This document shows positions 52,908-64,000 of a stretch of DNA of 64,000 bases, piece after piece; positions within the stretch are counted from its first letter, which is position 1, and each line of letters begins with the position of its first letter. The position numbers and the translations under genes were made by a program. A model generated the notes under the pieces. The model was not told where the DNA came from. It did not search any database and saw only the letters and a program-made list of their open reading frames with translations. Source of the DNA: Naegleria gruberi (taxonomy: Eukaryota); assembly GCA_000004985.1 (NCBI GenBank), contig GG738926.1; one strand, 5' to 3'.

Positions 52908-53720
52908 ATGTCACTACGGGACACTATGCGTGAATATAGAAAGGCCACTTTCACCATCTTTGCAGGAATTGGCCTCATTATCTTTGGATTCATCGTTGGA
53001 TTCGTCAGTATTGCCCTGGGAGTCCTCTTCCTCTACACTCCAAGTGATTATTCGTATTCGTCTTCCAAATCCGATTCTGAACTATTTAAATGGGCTGTGA
53101 GTGCTGGTGCATTTGGATTTTGTTGTATCATTGCTGGATATTCAATGATTGGAGGTGGATGCAGAATGTGTTTCTCAAGTTGTTCCGAATGTTGTTCGAA
53201 TGGATGTGGACGAATGGATTGTAGTGATTTTGAGTGTTGTGATTGTGGGTCATGTTGCTCAGATTATTGTTGGAGTTTGGGAGAAATGATGAAGAGTTGT
53301 TGTGGATGTTGTGTTGGAAAGGTAGCAGAGAATCAAGTTTCGTATAATATGGATTCGTATGAGGCGAGTCGTCAGGAACATACTATTGTGCATTTGGTGT
53401 ATGAAAATAATGAAACGAAGGAGGAAATTCCATTGGAAGTTCTTCAAATGCAACAACAACAATTATCAGTGCAACCAATTCATGCTGCAGATGTGAAAAT
53501 TCAAAATCCAAACGTTCCAGCTGAAGATTCTGATAATAATTATTCGAATGATCATCAATATGGTGGATTTAGTGGAGTTGTTGCACCACCTATTCAAGAA
53601 GAACCAACTGTTTCTTCTGCATTTGTGCAAGTTGGCATAGTTGACCAAGCAATGGTTGAATATCATAGATCTGAATCTAATAATGAAGTGATGGAAATCA
53701 ATGCTCCAACACAAGTTTAA
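52908..53720 (+). CDS. Cysteine-rich two-TM membrane protein
   Basis: 270 aa. Two TM helices (IFAGIGLIIFGFIVGFVSIALGVLFLY and GAFGFCCIIAGYSMIGG) are followed by a cluster of 25 Cys in ~70 aa containing CxxC and CC motifs (CFSSCSECCSNGCGRMDCSDFECCDCGSCCSDYCW...CCGCCVG), then a Q-rich tail. Confidence 0.5.
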   Translation: MSLRDTMREYRKATFTIFAGIGLIIFGFIVGFVSIALGVLFLYTPSDYSYSSSKSDSELFKWAVSAGAFGFCCIIAGYSMIGGGCRMCFSSCSECCSNGCGRMDCSDFECCDCGSCCSDYCWSLGEMMKSCCGCCVGKVAENQVSYNMDSYEASRQEHTIVHLVYENNETKEEIPLEVLQMQQQQLSVQPIHAADVKIQNPNVPAEDSDNNYSNDHQYGGFSGVVAPPIQEEPTVSSAFVQVGIVDQAMVEYHRSESNNEVMEINAPTQV

Positions 53721-53755
53721 ATTTCATAAAATCTTAATATCAGGAAATAATTTTT

Positions 53756-54718
53756 TTATTGATCTAGAATTGTAACTGAATCATTGGCATTAAACACATT
53801 GAGGTGAAGATAATAAGTGTTAGGAGGGAGGTTTTGCCATTCTTCATATTTGCCAGTATTCAAATTTGTAATTTTCAAAGTGTTTTTGCTGCAATCGAGG
53901 TCAACTTGGATAATATGTCCAACAGCCCAATCATTTGATGCAGTGGTTGAGGAGCTTGAACAGTCAGTAAATTTTTGATTTCTACTTGAAATACCAAAAT
54001 TATTTGGTTGCTCGAACGAGTTTTGATAATCAGTTAACGGCTTACTTGCTACACCAACCATAATCCAATGGGAAGTTGATGCAAAATGATTCATTCTGAG
54101 CTTCCAAGTTCGTTTTCCACTGGAAATACCATCACTACCAAGTGCACAAGTATTACCTGTTTGAGAAGCAGTTGCCGTCTTGTTATTATCAGACAAGTCA
54201 GTATAGGGTCCTTTAAGATTCATATCAAATGTATCAGCAATGCCATTTCGTTCCTGATCAGCCGATTCATCAGAAAACATTTCAGAGATCAAATAATAAT
54301 CTGCCTCCTCTCTCAACAAATCTCTTTTAGATTTATCGAGTGCTGATAAATCAACCTTTCCATATCTCATAAAATCCAAAACATAGTGAAATAGTTTAGG
54401 ATTTCTATCAATGAAATAGGATCCGTCCTCATCAGGCAACCATTTTCCACTCGAAATCATTGCATAAAAGAAGGTATCCTTCTTTGATAGCAATGTTTCC
54501 CTGCTCGTTTTAAAAATCTTTCCTCCGACATCCAATTTAATTGTGGATTTTGCCTTGTTGGCATTTTCTTCCATTAATTTTTCCTTCTCCGACCATTCTT
54601 GCTCCAATTTTAAAAGATGGGAAATTCGTTCCTCAATGGAAAGTTGTGCAGCGAGAAGTTGTTTGGCGCCTTGATCGAGTTGGTTTTTGAGAGATTCGTA
54701 TGACGAGTTGTTGGACAT
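53756..54718 (-). CDS. BTB/POZ (T1/KCTD-type) domain protein
   Basis: 320 aa. An N-terminal coiled-coil is followed by IKLDVGGKIFKTSRETLLSKKDTFFYAMISSGKWLPDEDGSYFIDRNPKLFHYVLDFMRYGKV, a canonical K-channel-tetramerisation-type BTB. A C-terminal ~150-aa beta-rich domain is unassigned. Confidence 0.75.
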   Translation of the reverse strand: MSNNSSYESLKNQLDQGAKQLLAAQLSIEERISHLLKLEQEWSEKEKLMEENANKAKSTIKLDVGGKIFKTSRETLLSKKDTFFYAMISSGKWLPDEDGSYFIDRNPKLFHYVLDFMRYGKVDLSALDKSKRDLLREEADYYLISEMFSDESADQERNGIADTFDMNLKGPYTDLSDNNKTATASQTGNTCALGSDGISSGKRTWKLRMNHFASTSHWIMVGVASKPLTDYQNSFEQPNNFGISSRNQKFTDCSSSSTTASNDWAVGHIIQVDLDCSKNTLKITNLNTGKYEEWQNLPPNTYYLHLNVFNANDSVTILDQ

Positions 54719-54887
54719 TTTTTTTTTTGAACAGAAAAGAATTCTATAAATAATTCACAAATTACGATGGGAATTGGTAAATTGGACAAGAAGTTGTGAA
54801 AAGAAGAAGATAATTTTATATTTAATGTTTATTATTTGGTATTGAAATTAGTTTTCAATTTTTTATTAGAAAGTTCTGTTAAAAAAA

Positions 54888-57800
54888 ATGAAACTATTAA
54901 ACTTGTTTATTTTTCTAATATTATTTCCCACACTAATTTATTCATCATCCGCAGAGGATACGAGAAATTATTCCAGCTCATCCATTAATAATTCGAATAA
55001 TTTTCCTTCATCCTCTTTGAAAACTAATGTTGTTAACTATTCGAAAGGAATTAATTTACAAATAATTTATTACATTAATTCTGATGATGTCAAATATCAG
55101 AATACAACTTGTCAAGACGAAAGTCATCCATGTTCAGATATGAACCAAGTGATCTTGGCAGCAAATACGAAACTATTCGAAATATTTCATGAAAATGATC
55201 AAACTAAATTAGATTCTTTTACAATGATTGTCATGATTGATTCGAAATTGGAATGTAACAAACTGCTCTTTGATTTTTCAAATTATACGAAACGATTCGA
55301 AATGAGGTGGAAAGGATACGAAAATGGTTTATTCTCTGCTTGTCTAAATAGTTTAGATGAAAATTCCATTTTAGATGCTTTCACTGTTGAGAATGGAAAG
55401 ATTTCAGGCGAATTGAATAATAGATTAGGTATCAAGAATTTGGAAATTCGAAACTGTCACGATGGTGGAATGATTTACTTTTATACTAAAATAGAAAATT
55501 TGCTGATTGCTGACAGTTTCTTTCATGAAGATACTGAAATAACTGAGATTACAAATGTACGAGTGGAAAATACGCAATTGGATGATTTTGAAATTGTTTC
55601 GAATGGAGCAAGTGTTGAAATTTCAAATTCTAAAATTCAAGGAATTGTTGATTTGCAGAATTTTAAATCATTTTCTATTCGAAACTCAATTTGGAAAAAT
55701 AACCGAGTTCATGAGGATTATTCATCAACATTTAATTTAGGACAAGATGTTTCATTTGATAATGTAACAACTAATGCTAAAATTGTGTTTATTTCAATCA
55801 AGTCAATCAAGATGAATGGGCTAATTGTACACAATTATGGAAACGGATATTTCTTGTATCAAATGATACGAGTTTCTCATTTCTATCTAAGCAACAGTTC
55901 GTTTGTGGGAAATTTCGTGCTCAACAACTATTTACTCTCCTTGCAAATAGTTGAATCTATACAAATTGAAAATTGTACAGTTTCTAATAATGTTGGAGGT
56001 TTCATCATGGTAACAGATGCTACTTTGATAATGGGACAGGTGAATATACGAATTAGTAAGAGTGTATTTCAATCCAACGAGATGCTGTCAGATATTGCTC
56101 TAATTGACATTGTGGATCAAACAAGAGAGATGTATTTTATCACAGTTGACCATTGTAAATTTTTGGAAAATACAGGAGAATCCACTTTACACATTGATGG
56201 AGGACTTGCCCAAATTTCCAATTCAGACTTCTACTTTAATATTGCAAACGAACATGGTACTGCATACTTGAATTGCTATGTTACAATTTCAAACTCTAAA
56301 TTCATCGCTAATCAAGCCAAGTTAGGAGGAGCCATTTACATTGGTCCTGCTGGAAATATTGATGCATCTCAAACAATTGATTTTACTTGTGATAATAATT
56401 GGGCAACCTACGCTGGAGGATGCATTTATTCAGAAAATTTGGATTTTTCAAAATTGAAACGCATGAATGGAACTAATATTGCTAAATATTATGGAAATGA
56501 TGTGGCCACACCTATTGTGAGTCTGGATGCTACATTTGATGAGGTAGATTCTAATGGAAATATTGAGGTTTACCCAGGTCAAGCATTCCAAATTAATTTT
56601 TTCCCAAGAGACAAGTTCAATCAGAGCACCTCTTATTTATTGAATCAATATTTGTTTATCAATTCAGAAAAAGGTCATTTTACAATCTCTCAGAATTTTT
56701 TAGATGGAATCCATTCTATTCCAGTAGTTTTGCAAATATTTCCAATTGACGACTACAACCCATCATTGCCACCACTTGTAATATTGATTTCTTCAAAAAT
56801 TGAAATCAAAATTCCTGTAAATATTCTCCCATGTCCAGATAGTTCTTTCCTGAAATTATCTCAAAATGGACATTACTGTGAACAAATTCCATTAGCAGCG
56901 ATTCTGTCATCTGTAATTTTGGGAATTATTTTGATAACCATTATATTGGCAGCATTAATAGTGATAGCTAGGAAATTATTGAAATTGAGAAAACAGGAAC
57001 GTGCTGAAAAGAAAATGGAGCTATTGTTCAAAGATAAGGAATTTATATTCGAAACAGAACAAGCACCTCTATTACTTTCTAATACCATCAACAGTAGTGA
57101 TTCAGGTGAAAGTAGATCAATAATTGGAAACAGGCAACAATACATCATTCCAATTTCTGAAATTAATATTTTGAAAAGAATAGGAGAAGGTGGAATGGGT
57201 GTCGTATATCACGCGAAGTGGAATCGAACTGATGTTGCCATCAAACAATTGAAAACAGATTCCAATGATGAAGAATTCGAAAATGAAGCAATTTTAATGA
57301 GCTCACTTCGACATCCATGTATTGTGAGCTGTTTTGGAGTTTCTCTGACAACCAATGGAAAATATATGATTGTAGAATATTTGGAAAATGGAAGTCTAGA
57401 AAAGGCAATTTATAATTCAAAGATGGGAAGAGCAATTTTGAGATTTGAAACCAAGTTGAAAATATTAACTGATGTTGCCAAAGGATTAGTTTATTTACAT
57501 TCAATCAAACCTCATAGAATTATTCATAGGTATGTTTACTACTTTTATTGGAATAGATATTAATTATGGAATAGAGATTTGAAACCAGGAAATTTATTAC
57601 TCGATAAGAATATGAATGCAAAAGTTGGGGATTTTGGATTGAGCAAAATTGTTTCGAATAATTCTGCAACAATGACAGCAAATGTAGGAACTTTACTTTA
57701 CATGGTAAGTCTAGATAATTTCACAAATTGAATTAAATTGTTATCAATTTAGGCGCCAGTAAGTAATTTCGAAATTTAATTTATTAAAATTTCGAATATT

Positions 57801-58217
57801 TTACAATAGGAATTACTTTCGAATGATCACAAAGGTCAAAGTACAAAAGTGGACGTTTATTCATTTGGAATTATTATGTGGGAAATTTTATTCGAAGAAT
57901 CACCATTTTCAAATGAAATTGATGGTTTCACTAATGTTTTCCAAATATTGAAGAAAGTTACAAAAGGTCATCGACCACCCTTACTATTCGAAACTAGTGC
58001 TTTATTGGAGGCAGATAGAAATCAGAAAGTTGATGAATGGATTGATCATAACTTTACAAAGAAACAAATCGAAACTATTGGAAAGGAAAATATTTCTAAA
58101 TTATATGAATCATATATAGAAATTATGGAACACTGTTGGAATCATGACGCATCTAAAAGACCTGAATTTATTGAAATTACAGATCAATTAGAAACCTTGC
58201 AATCGAACTTTGCTTAA
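54888..58217 (+). CDS. Receptor-like protein kinase (TKL-like) with parallel beta-helix-type ectodomain, 4 exons including a 6-nt micro-exon
   Basis: Model: join(54888..57529, 57575..57704, 57753..57758, 57810..58217). It has a signal peptide and a ~650-aa ectodomain with pectate-lyase-like repeat motifs ([18 protein letters not shown]). The TM helix is [25 protein letters not shown]. The kinase domain shows [14 protein letters not shown] / VAIKQLK / HRIIHR|DLKPGNLL / GDFGLSK / GTLLYM|AP|ELL / [11 protein letters not shown]. The micro-exon gcgcca supplies the AP of the APE motif. Intron donors are GTATGT / GTAAGT / GTAAGT. Confidence 0.8.
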
Positions 58218-58248
58218 TTTCCTTTTCCAATCTTTTTTCAAAGGTTTA

Positions 58249-58944
58249 TTATTTCTTATTATTATTAATGTCACTAAATTCATAGATTCCATTTCCATAT
58301 TGTGCCATTTCTTGCATGTTAGGTGCAGAACCTGACCCAATTCCAGTAAAATGGAATGCATCTCTAATAGATTTAAAGGCATCAACAGAGCTGATATCCT
58401 GAATATGACCATCACACATAATCAAAATATTTTCAATCTTTGGAAATTTCCTAAAAGTTTGGTTTAGGGCTTGTTTAAGCAAAGTATTACCCAATAATGG
58501 AACTGACCACACATTAAGAAATTGGTTTAGAGCATCCAAATCAGTAGGTTCAATTGTGTCTCCGTGTTTAAACCACTCAGTTGTAGATCCCCATAAGGCA
58601 ATGGAAATTTTTAGATCTCCAGTATTAAACGCCTTGGATTGAACAAAATTATTAAAACAATCAATTAAAGTTTTGAAAGGAGATCCTTTCATTGATACGG
58701 AAGCATCACCCAGAATAACAATCTGGCCCTCTTCAATGATAGATGATCCAGCAAGTTTTGAATTCTTACTGGTTGTCTTGAGAGAGGTATTGATTTTCAA
58801 AGCATCTGCTCTAGTGGTCACTTGAGCTGGTTCAATAATCTTTGAATTCACCTCGATACCAAAAGAAGGTATTTTCCTTTGGAACATTGTGCTTTGAGCG
58901 TTTAATATTGGTTCTGGCATCAGGTTATTATGATTATGATCCAT
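58249..58944 (-). CDS. von Willebrand factor A-like domain protein
   Basis: 231 aa. QIVILGDASVSMKGSPF carries a D-x-S-x-S MIDAS-like motif after a beta strand, and the alternating hydrophobic pattern fits a vWA/Rossmann-like fold. Assignment is by motif only. Confidence 0.45.
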   Translation of the reverse strand: MDHNHNNLMPEPILNAQSTMFQRKIPSFGIEVNSKIIEPAQVTTRADALKINTSLKTTSKNSKLAGSSIIEEGQIVILGDASVSMKGSPFKTLIDCFNNFVQSKAFNTGDLKISIALWGSTTEWFKHGDTIEPTDLDALNQFLNVWSVPLLGNTLLKQALNQTFRKFPKIENILIMCDGHIQDISSVDAFKSIRDAFHFTGIGSGSAPNMQEMAQYGNGIYEFSDINNNKK

Positions 58945-59011
58945 GGACCTACTACTTACTTTTCAGCATCTTTGTTCTTCTTGTCAATGTCTTCTACGTT
59001 GTTCTTGACAG

Positions 59012-59296
59012 CTACAGTTGCAAAGACATCATCAAGTTGGAGATCTTTGAGCTGTTAGAACCCTCTCCACTTTTAAACTTTTCCTGCATAGCTTTAATGC
59101 TACCTCTTCTTTTTGACAATTCAGTTACTTCCTCTCTTTCCTTGGTAATTGGACTGCTTGAAGTAGAAGCAATCAAAGGAACTTGAAGTAATGATGGCCT
59201 GACTGGAGTCCTCAAATACTTTTGATCAGTTTCATTGCTTGGCTTTTTCTCAAATTGTTGGGAAAGATTTTTAACACTGTTTGTTGTTGGTATCAT
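59012..59296 (-). CDS. Small S/T/K-rich ORF (94 aa) upstream of the vWA-like gene; possible 5' exon or independent small protein
   Basis: ATG ORF on the same strand immediately upstream of 58249..58944. I could not build a phase-consistent splice between the two. Confidence 0.2.
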   Translation of the reverse strand: MIPTTNSVKNLSQQFEKKPSNETDQKYLRTPVRPSLLQVPLIASTSSSPITKEREEVTELSKRRGSIKAMQEKFKSGEGSNSSKISNLMMSLQL

Positions 59297-60160
59297 GTTA
59301 GAGTTGATTTTTTTTGATCATTATTTTCCATGACAGCAAGTCAAATGAAAGAATTTCAAATAATTATTGTAAACTGATTTTTTAGCAAATTTGCACCAAC
59401 CTACCCTGTTTGATGGAAAAGAGCAACCAATCCCCAAACAGAAATAAATCAAACATGTCTATGCTGACCTTATTTCATAATTTTCTGGAAACTAAAGGCA
59501 AGAAATAGTACTCTAGTACCGATAATAATTCTTTACAATCTTTTACTACAGTTTTCATGTCAAATCACCTGATAAATTTATCAACCATGTTCCATTCCGA
59601 CCAAATTGTAATCCAACATCTCAGTTCTTGAGTGAGTAAAGGAGTTGTTCGCGAAAATTAAATTGATGATGGAAAGCAAGAAAGGATGCTAAATATTCTA
59701 TTATACTATTACGAATATTCTTGTTGTTATTGGCTGATAATTTATTATTAATCTCCATTGAATATTATTCTTGATGATGAATTTAAAATCCAAGGAAGGC
59801 TTCCGAACAACATGTTTTTTCTTGATTGTTGCGCTTTCATTTTCCGTTACAAATTTGCAAATAAAAAATATTTCAAAATTAAAATCACTGATGATGAAGC
59901 CATCAATTATTTCAAATAATACTTGTATCTATTCCGTACAGTAATGATGATGAAACTGGCCAAAACTCTAGAAAGCCAGGAAGATCGGATTTTTTACTGT
60001 TAGCATTCTTCCGAACCTTCCTTTCTCTAAGCCTTCCTTTTTTCAACACCATCACAAAGCCTTGTTATAATAATTTAATAATTTGCAACGTTTATTCATC
60101 ATCAAATTCCTTACTTTCAAAGCCATGAATCTTCATTCAGGCAACAAACCTTCCTCCTTT

Positions 60161-60308
60161 ATCACAACAATTAATCATCAATTCTACAACATATGATCTT
60201 ATATTCAATTGTTCATAGATGAAATAATTGCCCTTCATCACAAAAATTAATCATATCAATTCTACAACTTGTGATCTTATATTAAATTGTTCATAGATGA
60301 AATAATTG
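60161..60308. repeat. Tandem direct duplication (2 x ~70-72 bp, ~90% identical) in the pyruvate carboxylase upstream region
   Basis: Unit atcacaa(c/a)aattaatcat(ca)attctacaac(a/t)t(a/g)tgatcttatatt(c/a)aattgttcatagatgaaataattg occurs at 60161-60230 and 60237-60308. Confidence 0.8.
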
Positions 60309-60769
60309 ATCAGCCTCGGCAAATTAGATTAGTCCCCACCTTCACAATGGCATAAACAATCTCATCATTAGCAACCAACTTTCTATTATGTTGCAAAAGG
60401 GCCTGAAAAAGATCTTGAAAATTCGCGAAAGATTTTCGCTTATTTTTACAATGAACACTCGATTCGGATTTTTGAGGAGAATAACAAGCAAGAAATTGAG
60501 CGAGTACAGAGATAAGCTATTTTGTAAACTCGAGTTGTCTGTATTGGTTGGCGACTTTTAGGATTAATTTGGCCAGTAGGAAGTGTTCACCTACTCTCTC
60601 TCTTTCCACAACTGCAGTTGTTGTTGTGAAAACATTTCACAAACAAAAAAACACAACGAAAACACACTTGTCAATTTGTTGCTGTTGATCAAAGAATTTC
60701 AAATTTTGTAAAATAGGTAAGCTAATTTGAAAAGAGCTTCTTGAGATTTATAATTTGATCAAACTATTT

Positions 60770-63700
60770 ATGAAACCAAACACCAATGTGGATCATTATC
60801 AAAAAAAGGACCACATCAAGTCAATCACAACAAGAATGAAGAAAGTTTGTTTATCCAAGTCAACTTCATCCTCTACCTCTGCCAAACTCAATTTTGCTAT
60901 TCAAAAGCATAAGAAGAATGGTAATTCATCTTCAATCTTTAACAGATCTACTCCAATTTCCTTCTCCAACACTGACTATATTCAACAATTATATCGTCAA
61001 TATGGAACCACAAGAATCTCCTTGAAGGAATTTGAAAAGTTGCTTGTGGCCAACAGAGGTGAAATTGCCACGAGAATTTTACGTTCTGCCCACGAAATTG
61101 GTTGCAGAACTGTTTCGATTTATGCAAAACAAGATGCTTCCTCTGTGCATCGTTACAAAGCAGATGGTAAGTTGTTTTATTTGAATATGTTATTATAATA
61201 ATTGATCGTATTTTGTAATAATATTTGATGAAATAATTGTAAAAATTCCGATCAATAGAAAGTTACTTGATCGGAAAGGACAAGGAATTAGGTCCAGTTG
61301 AAGCTTACTTGAGCATTGATGAGATTATTAAAATTGCCAAGGAGAATGGAGTTGATGCCATTCACCCTGGTTATGGATTTCTTTCAGAGAGAGCTGATTT
61401 TGCACGTGCTTGTTCTGAAAATGGTATTCAATTCATTGGTCCAGTAAGTATTTCATGTGATTGCAATAATATATTTAACAAATTGTTGGTAGACTGCTGA
61501 TGTTGTTGAATCTTTTGGTGACAAGACAAGAGCTAGAAAGGTTGCTACTGATATTGGAATTCCTGTTGTTCCTGGAACTCCAACTGTAAGTATTCTATAC
61601 TTCTTTAATCCTTAATCGATTGTAAATTATTCAAATAACTTATGTTCATTCCTATTTATAATGAACTTGTCCAATTGACCAAAATATTAAGGCAGTAACA
61701 AGTATTGCAGAAGCCAAAACCTTCTGCTCCCAAATTTCCTTCCCAGTCATTTTGAAAGCTGCCATGGGAGGTGGTGGAAGAGGTATGAGAGTTGTTTCCA
61801 AAATGGAAGATTTAGAAGAAGCATTCCAAAGAGCTTCCTCTGAAGCTTTGAATGCTTTTGGTTCTTCAGCAATTTTCATTGAAAAGTTTGTTGAAAAGCC
61901 ACGTCACATTGAGGTTCAAATCTTGGCCGATAAGTTTGGAAATGTTGTTCACTTGTACGAAAGAGATTGTTCAGTGCAAAGAAGACATCAAAAAGTTGTT
62001 GAAATTGCTCCAGCTCCACATTTGAATCCTCAAGTGAGAGAAAAGATTTTGGCTGATGCTGTTCGTCTTGCTCGCCACGTCAAGTATCAAAATGCAGGAA
62101 CATTTGAGTTTTTAGTCGATTCTAATGGAAAGGATTATTACTTTATTGAAGTCAATCCACGTCTTCAAGTCGAACACACTGTTACTGAAGAAATTACAGG
62201 TGTTGACATTGTCCGTTCTCAAATCTTAATTGCCGAAGGAAAGAGTTTGGACGAAATTGGTTTAAAACAAGAAAGCATTTCAGTCAGAGGTTCTGCCATT
62301 CAATGTAGAGTTACCACTGAAGATCCATTGAATGGATTCCAACCAGATACTGGTGTATTGGAAGCTTTCAGAACTGGTGAAGGTATGGGTATTCGTTTGG
62401 ATATTGGTTCTGGTTATGTTGGATCAAAGGTTTGTTTTTTTAACACTTTACAAAATATTTAATTCTTCTCGTTCTTTCACATCAATAGATTACACCATTC
62501 TATGATTCGCTCCTTGTCAAGGTCATTGGTAAAGGTCTCACTCATGAAGAAGCTTCCAACAAATTGAGACGTGCCTTGGCTGAATTCAGAATTCGTGGTG
62601 TCAAACACAATATTCCATTCTTGCAAAAGGTCTTATCTCATGAAAAGTTCTTAAATGGTTATGTTGACACCTCATTCATTGATACTAACCCAGAACTCTT
62701 CCAATTCTCATCCAGTGGTAACAGAGCTCAAAAGCTCTTATCATTCTTGGCTGAAAATGTTGTCAATGGACCAACTACATTACTCGTCACTGATTTGGAA
62801 CCATCCAAGAAGAATCCAACTGTTCCAAAGACACCTACTGGTGCTCCTCCACGTGGCTGGAAACAAGTTCTCGATGAACAAGGTCCTGAAGCATTTGCAA
62901 AGGCCATTCGTGATAGAAGTGAATTGCTCATTACTGACACAACCATGAGAGATGCTCACCAAAGTTTATTGGCAACTCGTGTCAGAACCAGAGATTTAAT
63001 GTCTATTGCTCCATATACTGCTCACGCCATGTCAGATTGTCTTTCATTGGAAATGGGAGGTGGTGCAACCTTTGATGTTTGTTTGAACTTTTTGAGAGAA
63101 TGTCCATTCGAAAGATTGGCTAAGTTGAGAGAAGCCATTCCTAACATTCCATTCCAAATGTTATTCAGAGGTGCAAATGCTGTTGGTTACACTGCTTATC
63201 CAGATAATGTTGTTTACAAATATTGTAAGAAAACAGTTGAACATGGTATGGACATTTTCAGAATCTTTGACTCATTGAACTATGTTCCAAATATGGAGTT
63301 GGGTATTGATGCTGTTGGTAGCGCTGGTGGCGTTATTGAAGCAGCCATTAGTTATACAGGAGATGTCAGTGATCCTAAAAAGTCCAAGTATAATTTGGAA
63401 TATTATTTGAAAGTTGCCAGATCACTTGTTGAAAAGGGAGTTCACATTTTGTGTATCAAAGACATGGCTGGTTTGTTGAGACCTAGTGCAGCAACCTTAT
63501 TGATTGGTGCTTTGAGAAAGGAATTCCCACACATTCCAATTCATCTTCACACTCACGATACTGCAGGAACTGGTGTTGCTACTTTATTGGCAGCTGCTGA
63601 AGCTGGTGCTGATATTGTTGACGCTGCTATTGATAGCATGTCAGGATTGACTAGTCAACCTAGTTTGGGAGCTATTGTTGCTTCATTGAAGAACACTCCA

Positions 63701-64000
63701 TTGGATACTAAATTGGATTTGGGTAAACTCTCCAAAGTTTCTGATTATTGGGAACAAGCCAGAGGATTGTATGCTCCATTCGAATGTACTACTACTTTGC
63801 GTTCTGGTTCTAGTGATGTTTATGTCCATGAAATTCCAGGAGGTCAATATACCAATTTGAATGCTCAAGTTTATTCCATCAATGGTTCACTTGGTAAGTT
63901 TAATTTTTTTACTTTCTAATAGCTAATTATTGTTTTTTTAAATATGAATATAATTTCAGATGGATTCCCTAAGGTTAAGGAATCATATGAAATTGCCAAT
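60770..64000 (+). CDS. Pyruvate carboxylase (biotin carboxylase + carboxyltransferase domains), multi-exon, 3' end outside the window
   Basis: Model: join(60770..61166, 61259..61443, 61493..61585, 61692..62429, 62489..63893, 63960..>64000). Donors are GTAAGT x4 and GTTTGT x1; all acceptors are AG. Motifs in order: [24 protein letters not shown]|[69 protein letters not shown], then the PC-specific CT domain [22 protein letters not shown]. The first ATG is at 60770; the track ORF at 60755 is a TTG. Confidence 0.9.

Noticed and set aside
1-64000. Prokaryotic operons, defence islands, transposons, CRISPR arrays, tRNA/rRNA genes
   Set aside because: No transposase, integrase, RT, Cas or restriction-enzyme signatures. 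No cloverleaf-compatible tRNA candidates seen in intergenic regions. The gene structures require spliceosomal introns.

Overview
This window is not prokaryotic. It reads as nuclear DNA from an AT-rich unicellular eukaryote, most consistent with a dictyostelid-type social amoeba (Amoebozoa). The evidence is dense genes on both strands, short spliceosomal introns with GTAAGT/GTATGT/GTTTGT donors and AG acceptors, and the gene content: TALE homeobox, FH1/FH2 formin, eukaryotic GlnRS, V-ATPase subunit D, BCS1-like AAA, F-box/LRR, TKL-type receptor kinases, 7TM-RGS receptors and a multi-exon pyruvate carboxylase. I see no rRNA, tRNA, CRISPR, transposase or phage-like genes.

I support about 35 protein-coding genes. 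Several need introns that the ORF track does not show: formin (4 exons), pyruvate carboxylase (at least 6 exons, runs off the 3' edge), two receptor kinases, one 7TM-RGS gene and an ankyrin gene. One 50-nt assembly gap (runs of N) interrupts a repeat-containing ORF. The track uses TTG/GTG as starts in several places, so the true ATG starts are often slightly downstream. Intron coordinates were indexed by hand and may be off by 1 nt.

The observations most worth follow-up are:
- a PL7 (alginate-lyase fold) gene with a frame-shifted signal peptide, a candidate horizontal acquisition;
- a divergent pair of paralogous 7TM-RGS receptor genes bracketing a 2028-aa NHL+EGF receptor Ser/Thr kinase and an F-box/LRR gene;
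- a second receptor-like kinase whose APE motif is completed by a 6-nt micro-exon;
- a 944-aa orphan protein with an N-terminal Pol-beta-type nucleotidyltransferase motif;
- a split two-TM class-III cyclase-like locus;
- an E2F-like GC island upstream of the homeobox gene.

No prokaryotic-style defence or mobile system is present. I state that rather than inventing one.
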